Source: a virus (Duplodnaviria > Heunggongvirae > Uroviricota > Caudoviricetes). From it: a stretch of DNA of 42,002 nucleotides. Made by a program: the position numbers and the translations under genes. The stretch lies in the IMG/VR virus record IMGVR_UViG_2563366918_000005; one strand, given 5' to 3'. Under the pieces are notes generated by a model. It saw only the letters and a list, made by a program, of their open reading frames with translations. It was not told the origin of the DNA and did no database searches. This document shows positions 1 through 7,346 of this stretch, piece after piece. Numbering within the stretch: position 1 is the stretch's first letter; the number at the start of each line of letters is the position of its first letter.

Positions 1-516
1 ATGAAATTTAAAAAATGTCTTCTGCCTGTGGCAACGTTAGCGTCATTCACTCTGGCAGGATGCCAGTCAAATGCTGATGATCATGCCGCCGATGTTTATC
101 AAACCGATCAACTGAATACCAAACAAGAAACTAAAACCGTTAATATTATTTCCATTCTTCCCGCAAAAGTTGCCGTAGACAACTCCCAAAATAAACGAAA
201 CGCACAAGCCTTCGGCGCGCTTATTGGTGCAGTCGCTGGCGGTGTTATTGGCCACAACGTCGGGTCTGGCAGCAATTCCGGAACGACGGCAGGTGCAGTT
301 GGCGGCGGAGCTGTTGGCGCGGCAGCGGGTTCTATGGTGAATGATAAAACCTTAGTGGAAGGTGTTTCTTTAACGTATAAGGAAGGCACCAAAGTGTATA
401 CCTCCACCCAGGTGGGTAAAGAGTGCCAGTTTACGACAGGTTTAGCCGTTGTTATTACCACGACGTATAACGAAACGCGTATTCAGCCAAATACGAAATG
501 TCCTGAAAAGAGCTAA
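1..516 (+). CDS. yfgH: glycine-zipper outer-membrane lipoprotein (YfgH-like)
   Basis: 171-aa ORF. Lipoprotein signal with lipobox LAGC (MKFKKCLLPVATLASFTLAGC). Gly/Ala zipper AFGALIGAVAGGVIGHNVGSG. Recognised from memory as E. coli YfgH, upstream neighbour of yfgI. Confidence 0.8.
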   Translation: MKFKKCLLPVATLASFTLAGCQSNADDHAADVYQTDQLNTKQETKTVNIISILPAKVAVDNSQNKRNAQAFGALIGAVAGGVIGHNVGSGSNSGTTAGAVGGGAVGAAAGSMVNDKTLVEGVSLTYKEGTKVYTSTQVGKECQFTTGLAVVITTTYNETRIQPNTKCPEKS

Positions 517-531
517 TGATCAGGAGGAGTC

Positions 532-1071
532 ATGAAGAAAGTTTTTCTTTGCGCCATCTTAGCCTCCTTAAGCTATCCGGCTATCGCCTCATCATTGCAG
601 GATCAACTCTCTGCTGTCGCAGAAGCGGAACAGCAAGGTAAAAATGAAGAGCAAAGGCAGCATGACGAATGGATCGCGGAGCGCAACAGGGAAATCCAGC
701 AAGAGAAGCAACGTCGCGCAAACGCCCAGGCCGCCGCTAACAAAAGAGCGGCAACGGCAGCGGCAAATAAGAAAGCTCGTCAGGATAAACTGGATGCCGA
801 AGCCACTGCGGACAAAAAACGCGATCAAAGTTATGAAGATGAGCTACGCAGCTTAGAGATTCAGAAACAAAAACTGGCGCTGGCGAAAGAAGAAGCCCGC
901 GTTAAGCGCGAAAACGAATTTATCGATCAGGAACTGAAGCACAAAGCTGCGCAAACCGATGTGGTGCAATCTGAAGCTGACGCAAACAGGAATATGACTG
1001 AGGGCGGTCGCGATCTGATGAAAAGCGTGGGCAAAGCAGAAGAGAACAAATCGGACAGCTGGTTTAACTAA
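532..1071 (+). CDS. yfgI: secreted, highly charged coiled-coil protein (YfgI-like)
   Basis: 179-aa ORF with SD AGGAGGAG 5 nt upstream. Signal peptide MKKVFLCAILASLSYPAIA. Lys/Glu/Ala/Gln-rich remainder. Size and neighbourhood match my recollection of E. coli yfgI. Confidence 0.75.
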   Translation: MKKVFLCAILASLSYPAIASSLQDQLSAVAEAEQQGKNEEQRQHDEWIAERNREIQQEKQRRANAQAAANKRAATAAANKKARQDKLDAEATADKKRDQSYEDELRSLEIQKQKLALAKEEARVKRENEFIDQELKHKAAQTDVVQSEADANRNMTEGGRDLMKSVGKAEENKSDSWFN

Positions 1072-1104
1072 GCGATGTCAGTAACTTCAAGCCTATGATT
1101 CGTG

Positions 1105-1825
1105 AGTATAATAAATATCCTCCGGCATAGCCGGAGGTTTTTCAAATGCGCCTATAAGGCTCTCTTACCAGCCGCGCCCTAACAGGCGCACACGATCTGA
1201 CATTTGCATCCAACTTCGTTACTTACGGCCCGTAAACGGGCTGCCCGGATAGGGAATCGATAACTGCTCTCCCATTTTATCCTCTTCAAGCTGGTGCTTT
1301 ATGTAATCCTGTATCTTCGCCGTGTTCTTACCCACTGTATCGACGTAGTACCCTCTGCACCAGAACTCCCTGTTCCTGTATTTGAATTTCAAATCACCAA
1401 ACTGCTCGTAAAGCATCAGACTGCTTTTCCCTTTCAGATATCCCATAAACCCGGATACGCTCATTTTAGGCGGGATCTCCACAAGCATATGGATATGATC
1501 TGCACAGCATTCAGCTTCCAGAATCCGTACGCTTTTCCACTCACACAGCTTTCTCAAAATACTGCCTATTGCTCTACGCTTCTCTCTGTAGAACACCTGT
1601 CTTCGGTATTTTGGCGCAAAAACTATGTGATATTTACAGTTCCATCGGGTGTGCGCTAAGCTCTTTTCGTTCCCCATTGGGACCCCCTTTTGATTTCTTG
1701 TTTGACACTTGCAGTTGCCAGACCGCAAGGTGTTTTAACAAATCAAAAGGGGTTTTAATAACTGGCTCAAAGCTGAAAGCTTTCCGGAACCCCCAGCCTA
1801 GCTGGGGGTTTTCTGTGCACAAAAA
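1105..1825 (-). mobile_element. IS200 (IS200/IS605 family) insertion sequence; ends approximate
   Basis: Contains the Y1-transposase gene. Two subterminal 8-bp-stem/3-nt-loop hairpins show compensatory changes: 1119-1137 CCTCCGGC-ata-GCCGGAGG and 1790-1808 CCCCCAGC-cta-GCTGGGGG. A long stem (approx. 1682-1752, CCCCTTTTGATTT / AAATCAAAAGGGG) occludes the tnpA RBS, as known for IS200. The expected ~707-bp size fits. Exact termini not determinable by eye. Confidence 0.8.
1219..1677 (-). CDS. tnpA: IS200 transposase TnpA (Y1 HUH transposase)
   Basis: 152 aa from MGNEKSLAHTRWNCKYHIVFAPKYRR. HUH motif (ADHIHMLV) and C-terminal YIKHQ. The longer 169-aa ORF start (1728) is rejected because canonical IS200 TnpA starts at MG(D/N)EKSLAHTRW. 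Confidence 0.93.
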   Translation of the reverse strand: MGNEKSLAHTRWNCKYHIVFAPKYRRQVFYREKRRAIGSILRKLCEWKSVRILEAECCADHIHMLVEIPPKMSVSGFMGYLKGKSSLMLYEQFGDLKFKYRNREFWCRGYYVDTVGKNTAKIQDYIKHQLEEDKMGEQLSIPYPGSPFTGRK

Positions 1826-1850
1826 ACCCTCTGTAGTAACAGAGGGTTTT
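1819..1850 (-). terminator. rho-independent terminator downstream of the guaA stop (bidirectional shape)
   Basis: Stem AACCCTCTGT / ACAGAGGGTT (1825-1834 / 1839-1848), 4-nt loop. T-run follows on the - strand (A-run 1821-1826 on +). Lies 25 nt downstream (- direction) of the IEWE-stop fragment. Confidence 0.7.
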
Positions 1851-1874
1851 GTTCATTCATAGTGCAGGGTCAAA

Positions 1875-1889
1875 TCATTCCCACTCAAT
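1875..1889 (-). other. displaced 3-prime terminal fragment of guaA (ATT GAG TGG GAA TGA = IEWE-stop); probable attL core
   Basis: The reverse complement reads IEWE-stop, which I recall as the GMP synthase C-terminus. The codon upstream (ATA, preceded by in-frame TAA) no longer matches guaA, so homology ends near 1890. A 9-bp inverted repeat CACTCAATT (1882-1890) / AATTGAGTG (1910-1918) straddles the junction. Confidence 0.6.
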
Positions 1890-1999
1890 TATTTACGGAT
1901 ACCATAACCAATTGAGTGATAACATTTTTCCAAATCTCAATTTTTACCGTACCGTTTTATATACCGTCACCGGAAATCAGTACCATGAAAAATGCCATG

Positions 2000-2482
2000 C
2001 TATCTGGTCAGGGTGTCGTACTGTTTTTCACAGACTCTTCCGGCTTCGGCTGCCCGGTCAGCATACTCTGCCAGTTGTCTGTTTCTCTCGAGAGATTTAC
2101 TGAGCACGTCGGCAAGCAAAACTCCGGTGTCTGCGGCTGACGTCCCAGCGCCGACAATGGCGTTATACTGCCTGAGCTGCTCACGGATGGCAACGAGCTG
2201 TTGCTGCAACCGGCCAGCGCGAGCGGCAGCATCAAGAGCATCATTGCGCGCCTGGTCGATCCTCTGCTGCGCTTCACGTTCATTGATCGATTTCTCCTGT
2301 TCGTAGTGCTGACGAACTCTCTCATCTTCGGTTTTGCGGTCTTCTTTCGCCTGTGCATACCCGGCGTCGTACTGACGACTACCGTGTACATTCCAGGCAA
2401 CAACCCCTGATATGACCAGAACAGCAAGCACCGCCACGATAAGCAACTGTTTCCAGTATGCTTTTACGAATGCCCAGATCAT
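2000..2482 (-). CDS. i-spanin (Rz-like, N-terminal TM anchor plus coiled coil)
   Basis: 160 aa. N-terminal [21 protein letters not shown] followed by a charged coiled coil. Last gene of the lysis cassette. ATGA overlap with the endolysin stop (2479-2482). Confidence 0.85.
   Translation of the reverse strand: MIWAFVKAYWKQLLIVAVLAVLVISGVVAWNVHGSRQYDAGYAQAKEDRKTEDERVRQHYEQEKSINEREAQQRIDQARNDALDAAARAGRLQQQLVAIREQLRQYNAIVGAGTSAADTGVLLADVLSKSLERNRQLAEYADRAAEAGRVCEKQYDTLTR
2008..2283 (-). CDS. o-spanin (Rz1-like lipoprotein) embedded in the +1 frame of the i-spanin gene
   Basis: Internal start [26 protein letters not shown], with lipobox LAGC preceded by a positive n-region. SD GGAGA 9 nt upstream of the ATG at 2283. 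Pro/Ser-rich mature part. Fully embedded, as in lambda Rz/Rz1. Confidence 0.75.
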   Translation of the reverse strand: MNVKRSRGSTRRAMMLLMLPLALAGCSNSSLPSVSSSGSITPLSALGRQPQTPEFCLPTCSVNLSRETDNWQSMLTGQPKPEESVKNSTTP

Positions 2483-3108
2483 ACCGCCAGCACCTTACTG
2501 GCAGTGATGTACCGCGCTCTCCGGTCGTCGATGCCGTTCCTGCCACCATTGATAATCAAAGTTACACGTGCAATATCGCCGGTATACTTCATGCAACCTT
2601 TGCTGGAGAAGAACCACGCCGCGCTACGAGCCGCATATTCGTCCTGCGCTAACAGTTCAGGATTCTCCAGCAGGTCCACTTTCAGGCCGTTTCCGCAGTC
2701 ACGATAGTTATTCAAACCGGTAATCTGGATAAGTCCACGGCCTCGGTAATTCCAGCCGTCACCAGGGGAATTGTTCCCCATGCGTTTGCTGTACACCAGA
2801 TTGGCGATCGCTCGCTGGCGCTCGAGTGGCAATGGTGGTTCACCAGCACGGCGACCCAGTGCATTAGCCTGCCCCTGAGTGAGACGCCCAGCCCGAACGA
2901 AGTTAGCCAGACCGCTGACACTGTAGTTGAAATTCTCCTGCAATCTGGTGAAGCCCACAGATTCATGCCCGACCTGAGCAATAAACATTGCCAGATCTTC
3001 TGGTTTGCTGATACCAAACTCTTTCATCGCAGAAGTTATATGCGAGAACCAGCGTGCGGCCAGCGCCTCGCTAATACCAGCAGCTCGCTGGAATTGTTTA
3101 ATCTCCAT
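2479..3108 (-). CDS. endolysin, glycoside-hydrolase family 19 (chitinase-like) type
   Basis: 209 aa from [12 protein letters not shown]. Motifs [12 protein letters not shown] and [12 protein letters not shown] are typical of GH19 phage lysozymes. The 286-aa ORF extension would overlap the upstream holin gene and is rejected. Confidence 0.88.
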   Translation of the reverse strand: MEIKQFQRAAGISEALAARWFSHITSAMKEFGISKPEDLAMFIAQVGHESVGFTRLQENFNYSVSGLANFVRAGRLTQGQANALGRRAGEPPLPLERQRAIANLVYSKRMGNNSPGDGWNYRGRGLIQITGLNNYRDCGNGLKVDLLENPELLAQDEYAARSAAWFFSSKGCMKYTGDIARVTLIINGGRNGIDDRRARYITASKVLAV

Positions 3109-3406
3109 GTTTAGACCTCGATATTTTGAAAATCTGAACAACGTTACCGCGTGTTTTAATAACCGCGGCAAGCATGACAGCGTTGATAATGACCTCAGAT
3201 AAATCCACAGCCATTGGCGTGCGTAACCAGATTGCATAGACGACACGAACAGGAATACTGGCCGCAGCAACAATAAGGAAATAAGCAAGCCACCCTCCCC
3301 ATCTTCGATGTTGAGAGCCGTTACGCCGGAATGTGACAACGCGAATTGCTATGCCAGTACAAATAACTGCATTGGTGATAAGCAAAAAAAACTCATGCGT
3401 TACCAT
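3098..3406 (-). CDS. holin-like small membrane protein
   Basis: 102 aa with hydrophobic helices ([43 protein letters not shown]) and a charged C-tail. SD GGAG 8 nt upstream. Overlaps the endolysin start by 11 nt. Confidence 0.7.
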   Translation of the reverse strand: MVTHEFFLLITNAVICTGIAIRVVTFRRNGSQHRRWGGWLAYFLIVAAASIPVRVVYAIWLRTPMAVDLSEVIINAVMLAAVIKTRGNVVQIFKISRSKHGD

Positions 3407-3809
3407 CGTCTTTTCTCCCCGGAATTAAATCGCGTGGATTGTCTGAACGGTGGTAGAGCCATATACCAATACGCACAGCGACAATTGCTGACACGAATGC
3501 GCCAGCAGAGAAAACAATACCTTTTTCAAAAGAGTCCTGCGTGATGGTAGGGATCAGGCTGGCTATGCCGATAAGAATTGATGCTGCTGGTTTGTAGAAA
3601 AGAAGTCCGCAGAGAAAGCTGAGCATCGACAAGAGTACGCGACGACGAATTGGATACTCTACCGCAGAGGTAACAAAAATTACCGCGCCAGCAAGAGCAC
3701 CGAGCGCCACCTCTGGCGGAACGCCTACGATAACCGCAGCAAGAGAGCTCACACTAAGCCATTGATTTAAAGACTCAGTTGTTATGTTAACCGACATAGC
3801 ACACACCAT
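3393..3809 (-). CDS. holin-like membrane protein (first gene of the lysis cassette)
   Basis: 138 aa with about four hydrophobic segments and a charged C-terminus. Two closely spaced Met codons (MVCAM; alternative start 3797). Confidence 0.65.
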   Translation of the reverse strand: MVCAMSVNITTESLNQWLSVSSLAAVIVGVPPEVALGALAGAVIFVTSAVEYPIRRRVLLSMLSFLCGLLFYKPAASILIGIASLIPTITQDSFEKGIVFSAGAFVSAIVAVRIGIWLYHRSDNPRDLIPGRKDDGNA

Positions 3810-3972
3810 TTTTTTTGTACATATCGAACCTCTTCACTTACAGATCACCACACACAACAAACCATATATGTTTAACCATCAGATATTCTGAAATAACTAT
3901 CAATTCATTGGTTTTTGATGACAATATTCATAAACAACCATAAATGTAAGGCGGTTTATTAGTTGCCAAAAT

Positions 3973-6579
3973 TTATTTCCTGCAAACTCCAGATGATGTT
4001 AATCCATCAAAAATAACCTGCACTCTGGCAATAACAACATCAACTCCAGAAGTCGTTTCACTTGCATAACCAAGTTTTATTTTAGATACAATATCCTGAG
4101 TAAGTTCAGATATTTCAGTTTCTGCAATGTTACCAGAGGCCATGTGATTATCGTATGCCATAGAATGAATTCCATTATTGACATCGATTGAACTAGTATG
4201 TTTGTGAAAAATAGATGGGTTTACCTGAAACGAATTTGAACCGATAAGATCAGAATATACTCCATTCATCACTGCAGTACAGCGTGGAATATTATTATCG
4301 GTTATTGTCATATGCAGACGGTTACCAGTTAACCCCTCACCAAGTGTGACATAATACGCCAATTCTCCACCTGCATATTGTTTCCCCTCAACAATAACAG
4401 TAATCCCTCTTAATTTCTGATTAGCTAGCAAAAACTTATTACTGTCTATATAGCATTTATTTGCGGAACCAAAAACAGCCCCTTCTAAAATATCTGATGA
4501 ATAGGAATAAATAAGGTCACCTGAAACAAAGGAAAGAATATCAGATACGTTTCCTTTTTTAGATAAGTTAGGAGAATAGCTATTAACTATTTCATATTGT
4601 CCTGTGATAAAATCAAGGTAAACGCCATCAGTTTTCATCTCTTTAAAGAAAATGCTATTAAAGCATCCATCAAGAACCGGTGGATATATTCTAGAGCTTG
4701 CATAAGCTGTTGGGTGATTCTTATTATTACCACTACCAGGCGAATAAACATCTTCGTTAGTCATTGACTTTTTAAGCTTAACAGGAATCATCGGCTGCAT
4801 ATCAATTTTGCAGTTCCCTGAACCACCGATGCGAGGATAAAATAAACCACCAAACCTTACAATATTACTACTGAATAGTATTTCGTTATCGTTAAGTGTT
4901 ATCTCAACGAAGTTTCCAATAAGTTTAAATTCAACTGAAAACAAACCAAGTGGAGCAGATAATTTAACAATATTGCGCATAAAAACACCTACAGTCCCTG
5001 TTGATGCAGTATAGTGTGTGGTTTCAAAGGCAGAGCCTGTATATTTCAAGTTAATGAAATTATTATGGTATGAAGACAATTGAAATTGAATCCCAGAACT
5101 AAGGATTTCAATATCTACAAATTGAATCCTTACGGAGTAAGCATATGATAAATCTTCATATTCATAAGGCAATGTAACATCTTTTGAAATAGTTGCCCTC
5201 ACATAATTACCAGAAACCACATCAATCCCATCACGTACAGCATTAAAGTAACGATTAAAATCAATAAGCCCAGCGCCAACATACTGCGCATATGACCGAG
5301 TCCATCCTGCCATTGCGTTTCGTCCATTCTGAGCTTCTAAACTGCTAAATTCAGAGTCACTTGTGGTACTTGATGGGAGGATATTTGTACAAAAAATAAT
5401 TTCAGGCATTGAAGTAATATCATTCAGTTCAGCCATCAATTTAAAAAAAGTTTTCTGCGGGAAGTTACCAACATCCCAACCATCTCCGTCATTCATGCCA
5501 AAAGCAATAATAACAACATCAGGGTTAATATCACGAATGTAATCAATCCAGCGTCTGTTCGTGTCTGAATACCATGGGTACTGTGAGTTATAAGAAGTAA
5601 TTGCTGGTGTATCTTTTCCAAGGTCATAGTACCTCATTCCACCAATTGCTCTGTTAAATAAAGTAGAACTTGGGAATTTCTCTTGCAAAACTCTCTTAAG
5701 ATGAGCGGCAAAAATGCTTGATCGATCCACTGTGCTTATATTATATGGGGCACTTAAGCTGTCACCAACTAACACTATTTTTGAGTTAGGCCTTGATAAT
5801 CTCTCAAGTGTTTTAGATGTGACTAAACTGCAGGAATTAATGAACTGAGTACTATTTAGCATCTGTTCAAGTGTATCACCAAATCTGGTACCAACGTATG
5901 ATGATCCGTTGACACTTGCTAGCTTAAGGCATAAATCAGCAGTATCTGTAATTGAAAAAATAGGAACAGGACGTCCTAAACTGTCATACCCCTGAATTGA
6001 GTTTGCCCTAGAAGATGCTGATGCCATTTCGCTTACTATCTCAGGGAAGCGGAGTGTTTTAGATATGTTGCTGTTAATAACTCCTTTGATAGATGAGTCT
6101 GTATATTTCTTCGTGGAAGCGTCCTGAGGAAATAATGGATCATCAAGGTTACGAATACGATTGCCGAGTGCATCGTAGTAAGTGGCACTAAATGATGGTT
6201 TACGAAGAGCCAGCCGAGCCATGCTTTTGACTAACTGGATCAGCATCGTTAGCTTATCAAAAGCATCCTCATGCACTTCCGCAAAGAACTTACCCTGATT
6301 GCGCAGATCAGTTTCCTGTGTAACCGGTAGCTCTCGTGATATAGAAATCTTATAGCCATTGGCCAACGCCTTCGACAATATTACATTTCCACCATTGTAT
6401 CCTCCGGCCCCGGTAACTATATAATCAGTATCAAGAGTCAGTACGGTGATATTTTCATGAATATCAACAACCTGCACAATCAAATCAGATTTATTGAAAA
6501 CCCTAAAGGCATACGGAAACGATGTCGTAACGCCGTTACCGGTGTATTCGTTGTGGTCAACTTCGGTTGAGACCGTCAT
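3973..6579 (-). CDS. tailspike / tail fibre with conserved N-terminal adaptor domain, central SGNH (GDSL) esterase-like domain and C-terminal beta-rich modules
   Basis: 868 aa. N-terminal ~155 aa (MTVSTEVDHNEYTGNGVTTSFPYAFRVF) resembles podovirus tailspike head-binding domains. SGNH blocks: KIVLVGDSLS (aa 267-276), AIGGMRY (aa 311-317), IIAFGMNDGDGW (aa 357-368). GC drops sharply below ~6100. Confidence 0.8.
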   Translation of the reverse strand: MTVSTEVDHNEYTGNGVTTSFPYAFRVFNKSDLIVQVVDIHENITVLTLDTDYIVTGAGGYNGGNVILSKALANGYKISISRELPVTQETDLRNQGKFFAEVHEDAFDKLTMLIQLVKSMARLALRKPSFSATYYDALGNRIRNLDDPLFPQDASTKKYTDSSIKGVINSNISKTLRFPEIVSEMASASSRANSIQGYDSLGRPVPIFSITDTADLCLKLASVNGSSYVGTRFGDTLEQMLNSTQFINSCSLVTSKTLERLSRPNSKIVLVGDSLSAPYNISTVDRSSIFAAHLKRVLQEKFPSSTLFNRAIGGMRYYDLGKDTPAITSYNSQYPWYSDTNRRWIDYIRDINPDVVIIAFGMNDGDGWDVGNFPQKTFFKLMAELNDITSMPEIIFCTNILPSSTTSDSEFSSLEAQNGRNAMAGWTRSYAQYVGAGLIDFNRYFNAVRDGIDVVSGNYVRATISKDVTLPYEYEDLSYAYSVRIQFVDIEILSSGIQFQLSSYHNNFINLKYTGSAFETTHYTASTGTVGVFMRNIVKLSAPLGLFSVEFKLIGNFVEITLNDNEILFSSNIVRFGGLFYPRIGGSGNCKIDMQPMIPVKLKKSMTNEDVYSPGSGNNKNHPTAYASSRIYPPVLDGCFNSIFFKEMKTDGVYLDFITGQYEIVNSYSPNLSKKGNVSDILSFVSGDLIYSYSSDILEGAVFGSANKCYIDSNKFLLANQKLRGITVIVEGKQYAGGELAYYVTLGEGLTGNRLHMTITDNNIPRCTAVMNGVYSDLIGSNSFQVNPSIFHKHTSSIDVNNGIHSMAYDNHMASGNIAETEISELTQDIVSKIKLGYASETTSGVDVVIARVQVIFDGLTSSGVCRK

Positions 6580-6682
6580 GTTAAATCTCCAGATAGTCGC
6601 AGCACCCGTTGCGCCGCATATCTGGTTATTCTATTACCTGAAAAACCATATATGTATAGAAAGACTATAAATACCAATAGAT

Positions 6683-6699
6683 ATTACCTTTATGGTAAT
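6683..6699. promoter_or_regulatory. 17-bp palindromic operator ATTACCTTTATGGTAAT (perfect)
   Basis: Member of the WTTACC-N5-GGTAAW family. Lies in the divergent region between tailspike (-) and the SOS-boxed gene (+). Half-site ATTACC also at 6633. Confidence 0.7.
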
Positions 6700-6716
6700 T
6701 TGCAAAACGTGCTGGA

Positions 6717-6753
6717 TAGCAAACAAATTATTTGATACTGTATAAATATACAG
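6717..6753 (+). promoter_or_regulatory. SOS-regulated promoter: LexA box TACTGTATAAATATACAGTT (core CTGT-N8-ACAG 6738-6753) overlapping a TATAAAT -10
   Basis: Matches the consensus TACTGTATATATATACAGTA at 18/20 positions. -10 TATAAAT at 6741-6747, SD GGAG at 6763-6766, ATG at 6775. Confidence 0.85.
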
Positions 6754-6774
6754 TTATTGCATGGAGAAGATAAG

Positions 6775-7032
6775 ATGCAGCGGTATCACTATCCACTGGA
6801 AGACGGATTTACCGAAAGGATTCACACGCCGGGAGGCGTCAGGTCACTGGTGGAGGGATCGCACTTGATGAAATTACTCCGGGATCTCGATAAGGATGGA
6901 TTTAATGTCGATGGCCCACTTGCCGAACTGACTGCACTGATTAACTACGTCACCAGCTCACAGATGTCTATGCGGGATCTGCAAACACATCTCGACTATT
7001 GTGCCGAACAATTACGAAAACAAACCAGATAA
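6775..7032 (+). CDS. small LexA-controlled protein, candidate antirepressor (paralog of the Bro-N protein C-terminus)
   Basis: 85 aa from MQRYHY (GGAG 8 nt upstream; the TTG at 6757 is less likely). Residues HTPGGVRSLVEGSHLMKLLRDLDKDGFNVDGPLAELT...MRDLQTHLDY align with HSPSGVLGLTENSLLMNLLNQLQEDGHDVSGAAAELT...LRDIQTHAEY of the 7347-8039 product. Confidence 0.7.
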   Translation: MQRYHYPLEDGFTERIHTPGGVRSLVEGSHLMKLLRDLDKDGFNVDGPLAELTALINYVTSSQMSMRDLQTHLDYCAEQLRKQTR

Positions 7033-7062
7033 GGTTTGCAATTACCAAGTGGAGTGCTTATA

Positions 7063-7079
7063 TTTACCTTTGAGGTAAA
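7063..7079. promoter_or_regulatory. 17-bp palindromic operator TTTACCTTTGAGGTAAA
   Basis: Same family. Nested between the 7-bp inverted repeats GGAGTGC (7051-7057) and GCACTCC (7088-7094). A weaker neighbour lies at 7041-7057. Confidence 0.6.
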
Positions 7080-7172
7080 TTTACATCGCACTCCTCTTGT
7101 GCCATAGTAATCGGGCACTGGCAAAATCCAGTGCCGGGATTGGTCTCCCGGATTACTACAGAGGCACATATG

Positions 7173-7192
7173 CCGCATAAGCGGTTTTTTTT
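7173..7192 (+). terminator. probable rho-independent terminator (short stem, U8 tail)
   Basis: CCGC-ataa-GCGG followed by TTTTTTTT (7185-7192). The stem is only 4 bp, so strength is uncertain. Confidence 0.45.
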
Positions 7193-7346
7193 ATGTGTAA
7201 AGCGCACCTATTCTATGGTGGGCTGTGTGGGGGCACCGAAAGGTGCGCCGGGTTCCTTTGTAGCCGGTAAGACCAACTCTGCACAGTTCACCACCATCTG
7301 ATTGGTCTCAGCGGTGGTGATTAACCTAACTACAAAGGTGATCGCC

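Noticed and set aside
1849-2306. The + strand ORFs 1849-2103, 1916-2140 and 1992-2306 across the attL/spanin region.
   Set aside because: They overlap the junction and the well-supported - strand spanin genes, and lack SD sequences. Their composition is typical of antisense frames.
3109-3339. N-terminal extension of the endolysin ORF (286-aa version starting at 3339).
   Set aside because: The extension overlaps the holin-like gene in another frame and has hydrophobic nonsense composition. The GH19-type homology begins at MEIKQFQ (3108).
7193-7270. A 25-codon Cys-rich ORF (MCKAHLFYGGLCGGTERCAGFLCSR) in the antirepressor leader, and an 11-codon ORF overlapping the holin start (approx. 3790-3830).
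   Set aside because: There is no SD for the first: its ATG directly follows the U8 tract. The second is out of frame with the holin and very short. With no supporting evidence, both are treated as chance ORFs within structured leaders.
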